DNA of 64,000 bases from Azolla caroliniana (GCA_043228905.1 JBHGNT010000007.1:3286001-3350000); one strand, 5' to 3'. Positions 1 through 12,281 are shown, counted from the first letter of the stretch. Made by a program: numbers and translations. The notes: generated by a model not told the origin, from the sequence alone.

Positions 1-1517
1 TCGTCGGAGTCTGGACCGGTCCAGGCGAGGAGGCTCGAGGAGCCGGTATCGGTGCCAGCCGGTAGGAAGGAAGAGACCCGAATTTGGCTGGAGTCGGGGT
101 CAGCATCGAACGACGTGGTCAAAGGCCCATCCGGAGGAGCGGCTCTGGAGGAGCTGACACAGATGGTGCGTGACCTGCAGATCGCACAGGCCCGGAGAGA
201 CAACGGCGAACAACCTTGCGACCGGAGGCCGCCGGCTGGGCAGCGGTGCATGTGGTGTGACGCGATCGGTCACATTCGGAAGGATTGCGCGGATTTCGCC
301 GACGCACTCAGGACCAACGTGGTGTACCTCTGGAACGGGCGGGTGCATGCGAGCGAGACCCGGAGAGCCCTAGAACTGAATACGGGGCGCGGCGGAATGA
401 AGAGGTTGATGGAAGAGGGCGCAGCACGGCATGTAGAAGCCGTTAACTACTCAGTGTCGGCGGGAATTCAGGTCGGGGGTGATGAGACCCGGAAGGCTAA
501 GGACTCCGGATTTTGGCCGCTAGTGCTAGAAGTCCTCTCCGGAGTTCGGCTAAAGAAGGAAGAGGCGGACCGCGCGGAACAACAGGTCCAGGAGGTCACT
601 GGATGGGACGATCCGGTTGAAGAGAAAACGGGCTTCGTAGAAGCCGCTTGCCAGAACTACGAGGTTCTGGTAGAAGACAAACGAGCAGGAAAGGTTGGAG
701 GGGTCAGTCCCCCGCAAAGGTACAAGACCCGGTTCAGACCGAAATAGACCGGTGCCGGCAACCCAGGCGCGCCGAATGGGAAGAAGCAGGCAGGGTTTCG
801 GTTGAGCACCGAAATCGAGAGAGCAACGGGCCTACGGAAGGTCCTTGAAGAGCGGATCCTTGACGGTAAAGTGGAGTTGTCGTTGCGGGAGGTGCTGGGA
901 ATCGCCAAGAGGGAGTTCCACGACTCCATCGTAGACTTGGTGAAGCGGAATAGGCTCTCGACGGAGCCGGAACCGGAGAAGTCGGTGGAGGTGCGGACTA
1001 CGCACTTAGAAGACACGACCGTAGAAGATGAGTTGGCGGAAAGCCACTACGCGAAGCCGCATTGGGCCAGGGCAACTACGGAAACCCCTGTGCGGATTGG
1101 CGACGTTCTGGAACCGGTGGTGGCCTTGGTAGACCATGGATCCGAAATCAACTTGATGTCCATGGATTTCTACAAGAAGGGTAAATGGCCGATCAACACC
1201 AAGCATGGGTGGAAGATACGCGCGACGACGCGTGCTACGGAGGAGCTGGATGGTGCGTGCCCGAATGTACTCGTAAAGATCGGTGACGTCGAATAGATCA
1301 ACATTTCTTCGTGCAGGAAACATCCTCGCACCCGGTGATTCTCGGCGAACCGTACATTACGGCAGCACGCATGGAGACGAAGGTGTTGGACAATGGTTCG
1401 GCGTACGCGCGCGTTAAGAGCCAAGATGGTATGCATTTCGTCCAGTTCATGACGGAACGTCCGAACCATGAGAGGAATCGCGAGACCCTCGGTAGCGACA
1501 GCCAAGGGGATTTTTAG
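1..1517 (+). pseudogene. gag: G1 ORF1: Gag C-terminal part + aspartic protease (in-frame stops)
   Basis: CMWCDAIGHIRKDC knuckle; VALVDHGSEINLM protease motif. ORF pieces 52-747, 802-1296 and 1311-1517 end in GAT TTT TAG. Confidence 0.9.
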
Positions 1518-4500
1518 AGAGGGATATCAAGGCATGGGGCCGCGGTAATCCGGATGTACCGGAAGAACCCCACACATGTACAGTAGGTAGGAAGTTTTGG
1601 TTCTCTGAAAACGGAGGTTGTACTATAGCCAGCGTCAGCGGCCGGGAGAGGAAGCGAGCGGAGGAGCAGCTCAAGGGATGCGGAGTCCTCTCCCCGGACG
1701 AAGAAATCAGCGGCGCCGTGGAGGCGGTCTCTTTTGACGACACCTTGGGCGAGTTGCGAAAGGTGATCAGTGAAGACCTTAGAGAAGATCGGACCGTTTC
1801 GGTTAGTTCGATGGGAATGTACGAAGTCATCGCGGACTTTGGGGAAAGGATCGGGTCGGATCGGACAGCCCGTGTGGATACAAAGTACAAGACTGTGGAC
1901 CGGAAGGTGAGGCCAGTCGTGGCACCCTTGCCGGAGGGCAGCGAGGAGCGGATAAAAGGGGTCGCGACAGACCCAAGTTTACGGAATCCAGCTGGCATAG
2001 GGCACCGGTTCACCGACATAACGCTACGGGAGCTCAAGGTCGGTGGGGGTGGCTTTCTACTGCCGACGGAGGAGGACAGGTTTCGGAGAATGCTCGGAAG
2101 GCATGGGAAAGCCTTCGTGTTCTCGCCGGAGGAGATTGGGTGCGTGGACCCGATGATCGTCGAACCGATGATGATCTTCACGGTACCGCATGTAACGTGG
2201 AATCTCAAACCGATTCCGGTGCCGAGAGCTCACATCCCGAAGTTGATGGAGCTTCTGAAGCAAAAGGTGGAGATGGGCATCCTCGAATCGTCGAGTGCCC
2301 CATATTCGAATCGGTGGTTTACGGTGCCGAAGAAGAACGGCACGCTGCGCTTCATTCAGGACCTGCAACCGGTCAACAGGGTGACCATCCATAATGCAGG
2401 AATCGGACCGACCATAGACGAGTTCGCGGAGGCCTTCGTTGGAAGGTCGATCTATTTGGTTGGTGACTTATACTCGGGGTACGACCAGTTCCAGCTAGCA
2501 GTGGAGAGCGGGGATATCACGACGATGCGAACTCCTCTCGGCCTAGTACGGATGTGTACCCTACCACAAGGCGGGACGAATTCGGTGGCGCATATGGTGA
2601 ACGCAATGAACAAAGTGCTGAGGGATTGCATCCCAGACATCACCATGCCATTCTTGGACGACATCCCGATAAAGGGGTGTCCGGCAGAAGATGCGGACGA
2701 GAATGTCGGGCCAGACGGATGCCGGAGGTTCGTCATGAACCACATCAACGACTGCGAGAAGGTGCTGTAGAGGCTCGAGAGCGCACGACTCACCTTGTCC
2801 GGAGAAAAATCGACGTTTGGGTAGTCAGAGATCTTGGTGGTTGGACACCTGTGCGGGCCTTACGGTAGGAAATCGTCTTCGGCAAAGGTAGAGGCCATCT
2901 CCGCGATGAGGAACGATTGCGGGTCGGTTGTAGAGGTCCGCAGATTCCTGGGTGCATGCGCGTTCTACCACATTTGGATCCCGCACTACGCACATGTCGC
3001 GGAACCCCTCTACGGACTATTGAAAGGGGGGCGTAGCTTTGAGTGGAGGACGGAGCACACGGAGTCGGTCCGGAGACTAAAGGAGGCGCTTACGGTAGCA
3101 CCGGCTCTCCGAAAAGCGGTTTACGGCAAGGATGTCCCCATTTGCATGATAGTGGACACGAGCCCGATCGGGATCGGGTGGGTAATCAGTTAGGAGGACA
3201 AGGACGACGTACGGTTCCCGATCCGGTTCGGGGCGAAGGTATTGAGCGAGCGGCAGTGAGGATACGCCCAAGTTAAGCGTGAGCTTTGGGGTATCGTTTC
3301 GGCAGTCAAGGCCGACAAGGACTATCTAATCGGGAAAGAAGTGATCATTGAGACGGACTGCCTGCCGATACTCGGCATGGTTTCCGGATGTGCGACGCTG
3401 GACTTAGCAATGCTCCAGTGGATAGCGTACATAAGTCCCTGAACTCGGAGATACGACACATCTCCGGAAAAGATAACGCCATGGCCGACATGCTTTCGAG
3501 AGCGAGATTCAACGACGAAGACGGCATGGTTTCGGATGACGAAGAAGTCGACGAGGACTTCTTCGGGTCGGCTAACGTGATGACGAGGAAAGGGGACACT
3601 CCGGCGCTTAATGAATTCGATGAATGTAGGTACGACGGGGAGTGGCTCCAAATCGGGAGGTTCCTACGGGCGATGACGCCAGACGCAGCGTGGACGAGAG
3701 AAGAGGCGAGCCGGGTACGGAAGAAGGCGTACCGATTCTTCCTACGAGACGGGTGCATATGGAGGCACCCAAAGAAAAGAAATGACATCCCACTCCGAGT
3801 AGTGGTTAAGAAAGAAGAACAGGAGGAATTACTGGCGACATTTCACGAGAGTCCCTGGGTCGGGCACTGTGGAACGTGGGCCACATTAAAAAAGCTGAAG
3901 GAGAAGTACTGGTGGCCGGGGCTGTACCAGGATGTACATTGGTTCGTAACGACTTGCGAAAGCTGTCAGATGCACTCCGTAGTCCGACATCGGGACGAGC
4001 TACACCCAACCTACCCGCCTACGGTCCATTTCAAGTGGATGGTGGACTTTGTGACGATGCCGATGGGAGTAGGACAGATGCGATACCTGGTGCTTGCGCG
4101 GGAAGACTTAACAAACCAGGTGGAAGGCCGTGCACTGCAGAACAAGACAACCACGGCGGTATGCCGGTTCCTGATCGAAGAGGTAGTGTGTCAGTATGGG
4201 TGCGTGGGGAGGATCGAAGAGGTAGTGTGTCAGTACGGGTGCGTCGGGCTGCGGTAGATTGGAAGGACGAGATGAGCCGGGTGGAGTTGCTGGCGGTGCG
4301 GATTTAGCAACTCGAGCGGAGGTCGGAGGACATGAAACTGGCGAAGGAAAAGCTGCGGGCGGCAAGGGAGCGGAACAAGACCCGGTTCAACCGGATGCAC
4401 CGGTTGCGACCAAAGAAGATCAAGGAAGGAGACTGGGTCTTGGTATACGACAACAGCCTCGACAATCAGCACAAGGCGGTGCGAAAGTTTGCTAGGAGAT

Positions 4501-4712
4501 GGTTCGGGCCCTACACGGTGACGAGCGCGAACGACAACGACACGTACGACATCGCGGAACTCGACGGGACATGGTTAGCGGTACCGATGGCCGGGAAGTG
4601 GATCAAAGCGTTGAAGAAGCGGTTTGAGGACGAGCCGAACCCGGAGGGCGTCGACGAGAGCAACGACGACGATCAGTTCGGGCCCGGCGAAGAATCGGAG
4701 AGCGACGAGTGA
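1508..4712 (+). pseudogene. pol: G1 ORF2: RT-RNaseH-integrase (stops, frameshifts, internal IN deletion near 4248)
   Basis: VPKKNGTLRFIQDL, DLYSGYDQ, LPQG, PFLDD (RT); VDTS and NAMADMLSR (RH); H..GH..CESC zinc finger and WFGPY (IN). Confidence 0.92.
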
Positions 4713-5155
4713 AGCCGGTTTCCTTCGGTATCTACCCGTCTCTGGCACATGCCGGTGGATGCGCGGTTTGGTGGGGGTGGATGTCGTGAAGAAAACCGGC
4801 CATAGGCGGAATCAGAGAAAAAGGTGCATGAACCGGCTCTTACATAGGTGGACGCGAGAATTGATATTTTGGACATAATTCATAATTAGGTCGGCTGATG
4901 TAAATACTAGGTAGTACATATTTATTAGAGGATTGGTGCGTATCTCTGTCGAAAGGGATAGGGAATAAAGCGATTTGACTAGGGAAGGACGGTCTCCCCT
5001 TGGCGAACTATTTAAGGAGGGAGAGAAGGAAGAAAGGGTATCGCACGCTGGCGAGGATGAAGTGCTGCTGAACCGAGGGCCGAGCTCTCTCTCCTCCGAT
5101 CGTCGTTCTCTGTAGGTGTCGGGAGTTCGCTGCCTCTGCTTCGTGGACAACCCGT

Positions 5156-5768
5156 TGTTGTGAAGAAAACCGTCCACAAGCGGAATCGGTGCACAGGAGC
5201 GTAGGATTTGGCTCTTCTCGAATGTTGTCCATAGAAGATCCTAGGCAGGTAGATTTAGTGGGTAGGAAGTAAAGGGGGAAACGGCTCCTTCCTTGCCTAT
5301 AAAAGGGGGGTAGGCGCAAAGGGGGGGGGGGGATCGCGAAAAGTCGAGGACGGAGTGCTGGCGGTTTGGGCGCGAAGGTTTCTCTCTCTCTCTGGTTCGC
5401 AAGCTCCATAGCTTCCTTTTGTGCAGGTTTCGGGAGGCTCGCGCTGCTCTGAGGAATGCCCGAGTGCTTCCAGCAACACCTCCAACCTACTCCTTCCTTC
5501 CTGTGTGTTTACGAGCAGGTATCGGCATCTGTTCGCCGGCCTGTTCGGTTGTAACCGACTTCGTGTTTTGTCGATTGTCTTTGTTAATACGTACATACAT
5601 TCGTGTCTCTCTGTGCCGCTATCCCACTCGCGCCTTTGTGTCGAAGGGCCGTGTCCCTTTGAATCTACTCCCGCACGTAGTGGGTCTCTTCTCCTTTTCG
5701 CTTGCTCTTCAGTACAGGACCCCCGAGGTCCCGCCTCATTCCACGCATCCGCGAGGAATACCTCGACA
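5156..5768 (+). repeat. G2 5' LTR (LTR class beta)
   Basis: Direct repeat of 11476-12087; TG...CA termini; TATAAAA near 5298. Confidence 0.95.
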
Positions 5769-5772
5769 TCTT

Positions 5773-5790
5773 TGGTGAACCCGACGTGAA
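5773..5790 (+). promoter_or_regulatory. Primer-binding site complementary to tRNA-Trp 3' end
   Basis: TGGTGAACCCGACGTGAA lies 4 nt after the LTR. It is the reverse complement of UUCACGUCGGGUUCACCA, the plant cytosolic tRNA-Trp 3' end as I recall it. The same site occurs at 18353, 30305-30322(-), 38544-38561(-) and 53227. Confidence 0.85.
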
Positions 5791-5812
5791 AGAGGCGGCA
5801 GAAGAGCAGAAG

Positions 5813-7939
5813 ATGAAAGGGTCGGATCTTGCGGAGGCCATGGCTTCGGCAGTGGATCGGATATTGAGCGCACGCGAGGGCTCCGGCGCCGTCGACAGAG
5901 CCATTGAGGCGGTCGTCGGTACGATCGGCCGGTTCAGCGGGAAGGATGCCACGAAGTATTTGGCGTCCTACGGGGCAGAAATGCTGATGCGGGACATTCC
6001 GGAAGAGAGGCGTCTTGCCGGGTTTCCTCAAGTGGCGATGCCGAGCATCCATGCGGAGGTGCTCGAGGTGCGGGCGGAGAGCCATACCTGGGAGGAGTTC
6101 GAAGGCCGACTCCTGGAAAAATACGGGCTGGACGACGCGCTCCGGCTTTCGAAATGAGACTTCATGGAATGGGTGGAGTCCCCCGGCAAGGGAAGAAACG
6201 CGTCGGCACTCCTCCGGGAGTTCGAGGAACGCTTTGCGTGCCTTTCGGCGCTTGACCGAACCGTTCTGGATACGAGCCGGGTCCTACTGTTCGTCAAGTC
6301 GGTGGACGAGCGGGACAGGGATCAAGTCGGCTCTTTGCTGGAAACCGAAGACGGGCTGACAACTGATTGGGCTGCGGTTAAGAGAGTCTGTGGCCGTTTC
6401 GACAAACGGCGAGAATGGGTTGACAACGGGGTGGTCGGTGCGGGCTCTGTCACAGCAAGGAGGCTTGAACCGGCACCACAAGTGCGAAGGGAAGAAACCC
6501 GGGAATGGCTTGAAACCGGTCCGGCTTCGACCGGCATGGTCAATGGCTCGTCCGGAGGAGCAACGCTGGAGGAGTTGACGCGGGCGATAAAGGATCTCCA
6601 GATCGCCCAGACTCGAAGGGAAGGCGGCGAACCGACTCGTGACCGACGGCCGACAGCGGGGAACAGGTGCATGTGGTGCGACGAGGTCGGCCACATTCGG
6701 AAGGACTACGGCGATTTCGCAGAGGCGTTGAGAAACCGGGTGGTGTACCTGTGGGAAGGCCGGGTGCACGTTGGCGACACCAGGAGGGCCCTGAACTGAA
6801 ACGACGGGTGAGGAGGTATGAAGAGATTGATGGAAGAGGCAGCGGCCCGACACGTGGAGGCCATCCACTACTCGGCGTCGGCCGGTATTCGGGTCGGGGG
6901 CAGCGAGGCCCGAAAGGAGAGCAAAGACGGTTTCTGGTCGGCAATGCTGGAAGGCCTCGCCGGCGCACGGCTGAGGAAAGATGAAACGGACCGCAGTGAG
7001 AGACGGGTCCGGGAAATAACCGGGTGGAGCAATCCGGTCGAGGAGAAGACGGGCTTCGTAGAAGCCGCCTGCCGGAACTACGAGGCTCTGGTAGAAGAAA
7101 AACGAGTGGGGAAAGCCGGAGCGGCCGGGCCCTCACAACGGTACGAGACCCGATTCGGGCAACGACGGAACGATGCCGGTGGGTCCAGCTCGCAAGATAA
7201 CCCCAGGAAGGGCGGGTACCGACTGGGGACGGAAATAGAAAGGAGTACGGACCTACGAAAGGTCCTAGAAGAACGGATCCTCGACAACAAAGTGGAGCTG
7301 TCATTGCGGGAGGTGCTAGGGATCGCCAAGAAGGAGTTCCACGACTCCATTGTAGACTTGGTGAAACGGAAGAGGCTGTCGACGGAGGTGGAACCGGAAA
7401 GACCGGTGGAGGTGCGGACGACGCACATCGACGACTCGGCGCTGGAAGATGAGTGGGCGGAGAGCCACTATTCGAGGCCACACTGGGCCCGAGCGACCAC
7501 GGAGACCCCGGTAAAGATCGGAGATGTTCAGGAACTGGTGGTGGCGTTGGTGGACCACGGTTCGGAAATAAACCTAATGTCCATGGACTTCTATAAGAAG
7601 GGAAAGTGGCCGATCAACACCAGGCACGGGTGGAAGATATGGGCGGCGACGCGCGCCACTGAGGAACTACACGGGGCTTGCCCGAATGTGCGGGTAAAGA
7701 TCGGCGACGTCGAGATTGACCAACACTTCTTCGTACAGGAGACGTCCTCGCATCTGGTCATATTAGGGGAACCATACATCACGGCGGCGAGAATGGAGAC
7801 CAAGGTGCTGGACAACGGTTCGGCCTACGCGAGGGTCAAAAGCCAGGACGGGCACCATTCGGTGCAATTTCTGACGGTGCGGCCGAACCACGAGAGGAAC
7901 CGCGAATCCCTCGGTGGCGAGAGTCGGGAGGATTTTTAG
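5813..7939 (+). pseudogene. gag: G2 ORF1 Gag-protease (stops at ~6155, ~6797, ~6809)
   Basis: ATG at 5813 (MKGSDLAEAMA); GRFSGKDATKYL; CMWCDEVGH; VDHGSE; ends EDF-TAG. Confidence 0.92.
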
Positions 7940-7996
7940 AGAGGGCTGCCAAGGCGTGGGGCCGAGACAGCCCGGACACTTGGAAAAGACCCCACG
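7930..7996 (+). promoter_or_regulatory. Putative -1 ribosomal frameshift signal (slippery GGAUUUU + pseudoknot)
   Basis: G GAT TTT TAG at 7930-7939; the -1 frame runs open into the RT ORF. Stem GGGCTG(7943-48)/CAGCCC(7968-73); loop CGTGGGG(7955-61) pairs with CCCCACG(7990-96). Present in all five G copies. Confidence 0.8.
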
Positions 7997-10900
7997 ACTG
8001 TACGATAGGTAGGAAATTTTGCTTCTCCGACAGCGGAGGGTGCATGATAGTCGTCATCGTCGGCCGAGAAAAGGCAAGGGCGGAAGAGCGACTTCGAGCG
8101 TGCGGAGTTCTCGGCCCGGACGAAGAAATCAGCGGAGCTGTGGAGGCGGTCTCCTTCGACGACACCTTGGGAATACTGAGGAAGGTAGCAGGAGAAGACC
8201 TTAACGAAGACCGGACGATACCGGTATGTTCCGAAGAGATGTACGAAGTCATCGCGAACTTCAGTCCGGGGCTCGGGTCGGACCGGAGGGCCCGAGTTAG
8301 CACGAAGTACAAGACTGTGGACCGGAAGGTAAGGCCAGTCGCGGCACCCTTGCCGGAGGGCAGCGAGTCCCGAATCAGAGGGGTGGCGTCGGACCCTAGT
8401 TTACGAGATCCGGCCTTGATAGGACACACCTTCACCGACGGGACGCTCCGGGAGCTCAAGATCGGTGGGGGCGGGTTCCTACTGCTGGTGGAGGAAGATC
8501 GGTTTCGGAGAATGCTCGGAAGGCACGGGAAAGCCTTCGCATTCTCGCCGGAAGAGATCGGGTGCGTAGACCCGACAATCGTGGAGCCGATGGTGATATT
8601 CACGGTACCGCATGTTCCGTGGAATCTCAAGCCGATTCCGGTACCAAGAGCTCACATCCCGGAGTTGATGGAGCTACTGAGGCAGAAAGTCGATATGGGT
8701 ATTCTCGAACCGTCGAGTGCGCCATACTCGAACCGATGGTTTACCGTACCGAAGAAAAACGGGACATTGCGCTTCATTCAGGACCTGCAGCCGGTCAATA
8801 GAGTGACCATTCGGAACGCAGGAATCGGACCGACCATAGACGAGTTCGCGGAGGCCTTCGCCGGAAGGTCGATTTACTCGGTCGGTGATCTGTACTCGGG
8901 ATACGACCAGTTCCAGCTAGCCGTGGAGAGCAGAGACATTACGACGATGCAAACTCCCCTCGGCCTAGTGCGAATGTGTACCCTGCCGCAAGGAGGGACC
9001 AACTCGGTGGCCCACATGGTGAATGCAATGAACAAGGTACTGAGGGATTGCATCCCGGACATCACCATGCCGTTTCTAGACGACATCCCTATCAAAGGGT
9101 GCCCGGTGGGAGAGAAGGACGAGACAGTCGGGCCGGGCGGATGCCGGCGATTCGTGGCAACTCACATCGGCGACCGTGAGAAGGTGCTACAAAGGCTAGA
9201 GGATGCGAGGCTCACCTTCTCTGGGGAGAAATCGGCCTTCGGGAAATCAGAAATCCTGGTGGTCGGGCACCTATGTGGACCGTATGGCCGGAAGCCGTCT
9301 CCGGCAAAGGTAGAAGCCATCTCCGCGATGAAGACCGACTGTAGCTAAGTTACGGAAGTTCGGAGGTTCCTGGGGGCATGCGCATTCTACCACATATGGA
9401 TCCCACATTATGCCCACGTTGCGGAGCCGCTATACGGGTTGTTGAAGAAAGGGCGAAAATTCGAGTGGCGAGACGAGCACGCGGAGTCGGTCCGGAAGCT
9501 GAAGGAAGCTCTTGCGGCAGCACCGGCGCTTCGGAAGGCTGTCACGAGAAGGGTACCCCGGTATACATAATGGTGGATACGAGTCCGACCGGGATCGGAT
9601 GGGTCGTCAACCAAGAAGACGGGGACGGCATTCGGTTCCCGATCCGATTCGGCGCGAAGGTCCTCAGCGAGCGACAGCGAGGGTACGCCCAGGTTAAACA
9701 CGAACTCTGGGGTATCGTTTCGGCAGTAAAGGCCGACAAAGACTACCTGATCGGGACGGAAGTGATCATCGAGACAGATTGCCTGCCAATTCTCGGCATG
9801 GTTTCCGGATGCGCGATACCGGACCTGGCGATGCTCAGGTGGATAACATACATCAAGTCCCTGGATCCGGAAATACGGCACATTTCCGGAAAGGACAACG
9901 CCATGGCCGACATGCTTTCAAGGGCGAGGTTTGATGACGAGGGCGGCATGGTTTCGAAGGACGAAGAAGTCGGCGTGGACTTCTTCGAGGCGGCGTACGT
10001 GACGACCGATGGGACGAGCACTCCGGCGCTTAACGGCTTCGACGAGAGCAAGTACGACGGCGAGTGGCTCCAGATCGGTGGGTTTCTGAGGACAATGACG
10101 CCGGATGCGTCATGGACGAAGGACGAGGCCAACCGGATCCGGAAGAAAGCTTACCGATTCTTTCTCCGGGACGGATACTTATGGAAGCACCCGAAGAAGA
10201 GGAACGACGTCCCGCTCCGGGTGGTGGCGATGAAGGAAGAACAGGAGGAGCTGCTGACGGCCTACCACGACAACCCTTGGGCTGGACACCGTGGAACGTG
10301 GGCCACGTTCGAGAAGATAAAGGGGAAGTACTGGTGGCCGGGACTGTACCGGGACGTGCATCGGTTCGTGACAACCTGCGAGAGCTGTCAGATGCACTCC
10401 GTGGTCCGACACTGGGACGAGCTCCACCCTACGTACCCTCCGACCATTCACTTCAAATGGATGATAGCCCTGGTGACGATGCCGATGGGAGTAGGACAGA
10501 TGCGGTATCTGGTCCTGGCTCGGGAAGATCTGACGGACCAGGTAGAAGGTCGGGCCCTTCAGAACAAAACGACCGCAGCCGTATGTCGGTTCCTGATTGA
10601 GGATGTGATATGCCGGTACGGGTGCGTCGGGAAGATTGTGGCTGATCGCGGGGAGTTGGACGCCGAAGAGGCCGAGGAGTTGTTCGACCGGTTAGGGGTC
10701 AAGCTCTCGCTTACCACTGCGTACAATCCGGAGGCAAATGGAAAGGTGGAGCGCGGACACGGACCGATCGTCAAGGCGTTAGTTCGGGCATGCGGAGGGC
10801 AAGTCGGGAACTGGCCACGGCTGCTGCCTTACGCGTTGTGGGCTGACCGAACTACGCACAGTTCGGTAACCGGATTCATGCCGGCAGAGCTCATGTTTGG

Positions 10901-11402
10901 GCAAAAGCCGGTCATGCCGATGGAACGTACGATCTCCTCATGGGCAACCGTGGACTGGAGAGACGAGATGAGCCGGGAGGAACTGTTGGCGGTGCGCATA
11001 CGACAGCTCGAGCGAAGACCGGAGGACGTGGAGTAGGCTGGGGAAAAGCTTCGGGAAGCAAGGATGAGGAACAAAGCCCGGTTCGACCGAACGCACCGGC
11101 TCCGACCGAAGAAGATCGAAGAAGGCGAATGGGTGCTAGTCTACGACAACAGCCTCGACAACCAGCACCGAGCGACACGGAAGTTCGCAAGAAGGTGGTT
11201 CGGGCCTTACGTGGTACAAAGCGCCAACGACAACGGGACGTACCATCTGGCGGAACTCGACGGTACGAGAATGGCGATACCAGTAGCGGGGAAGCGGATC
11301 AAAGCGTTCAAGAAGCGTCATGACGACGAGCCGGATCCGGTTGACCTGGACCGCGAAGACGAACGATCCGAAACCGAGGAAGAACCGACGAGCGGGGAAT
11401 GA
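7930..11402 (+). pseudogene. pol: G2 ORF2 RT-RNaseH-integrase (stops ~9346 and ~11034, frameshift ~9543)
   Basis: RT PFLDD; RH DTS and ETDC; IN core ADRGE...NPEANGKVERGH; WFGPY motif; acidic tail; no chromodomain visible. Confidence 0.94.
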
Positions 11403-11475
11403 AGGCTGGACCGGTTTTCTCCGTCCCAACTCAACTTGGCGCATGCTGGTGGATGCGCGGTTAGGTGGGGGCGGA

Positions 11476-12087
11476 TGTCGTGAAGAAAACCGTCCACAAG
11501 CGGAATCGGTGCACAGGAGCGTAGGAACTGGCTCTTCTCGAATGTTGTCCATAGAAGATCCTAGGCAGGTAGATTTAGTGGGTAGGAAGTAAAGGGGGAA
11601 ACGGCTCCTTCCTTGCCTATAAAGGGGGGTAGGCGCAAAGGGGGGGGGGGGATCGCGAAAAGTCGAGGACGGAGTGCTGGCGGTTTGGGCGCGAAGGTTT
11701 CTCTCTCTCTCTGGTTCGCAAGCTCCATAGCTTCCTTTTGTGCAGGTTTCGGGAGGCTCGCGCTGCTCTGAGGAATGCCCGAGTGCTTCCAGCAGCACCT
11801 CCAACCTACTCCTTCCTTCCTGTGTGTTTACGAGCAGGTATCAGCATCTGTTCGCCGGCCTGTTCGGTTGTAACCGACTTCGTGTTTTGTCGATTGTCTT
11901 TGTTAATACGTACATACATTCGTGTCTCTCTGTGCCGTTGTCCCACTCGCGCCTTTGTGTCGAAGGGCCGTGTCCCTGTGAATCTACTCCCGCACGTAGT
12001 GGGTCTCTTCTCCTTTTCTCTTGCTCTTCAGTACAGGACCCCCGAGGTCCCGCCTCATTCCACGCATCCGCGAGGAATACCTCAACA
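11476..12087 (+). repeat. G2 3' LTR
   Basis: Follows PPT GGTTAGGTGGGGGCGGA; matches 5156-5768. Confidence 0.95.
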
Positions 12088-12278
12088 CCGTGTGCTTCCA
12101 GTAGAGGCTCTCCCCCTTTTTGTTTCTTTGAGTCGAGTGGCTGTCGTCTGTGTGCGTGAGTAGGACCTTGTGTTAGGTCCATTACTGGTTTGCCGGTTGT
12201 AACCGTTCGAGTTGTAAGCTACTGATTATAATAATCGGATTCCTGTTTCTTGCTCTTATTTTCTTTCTGTGTGTCTGC

Positions 12279-12281
<3 letters not shown>

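Larger units (their letters stand above)
5156..12087 (+). mobile_element. Ty3/Gypsy element G2, structurally complete (~6.9 kb), inserted in the G1 3' LTR
   Basis: LTRs 5156-5768 and 11476-12087 differ by about 2% by eye. PBS 5773-5790; PPT about 11458-11475. 4-bp TSD CCGT at 5152-5155 and 12088-12091. Confidence 0.96.

Noticed and set aside
1447-2208. Long antisense ORFs over G pol (also 7836-8630, 27431-28255, 35704-36399)
   Set aside because: Codon-register shadows of GC-rich coding sequence; they recur because the copies are homologous, and show no independent motif.
5773-5790. tRNA gene
   Set aside because: Only the 18-nt complement of a tRNA 3' end (a PBS); no cloverleaf.
11400-11476. 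env-like gene or chromodomain in G elements
   Set aside because: IN ends about 60-75 nt before the LTR in an acidic tail, leaving no room and showing no motif.
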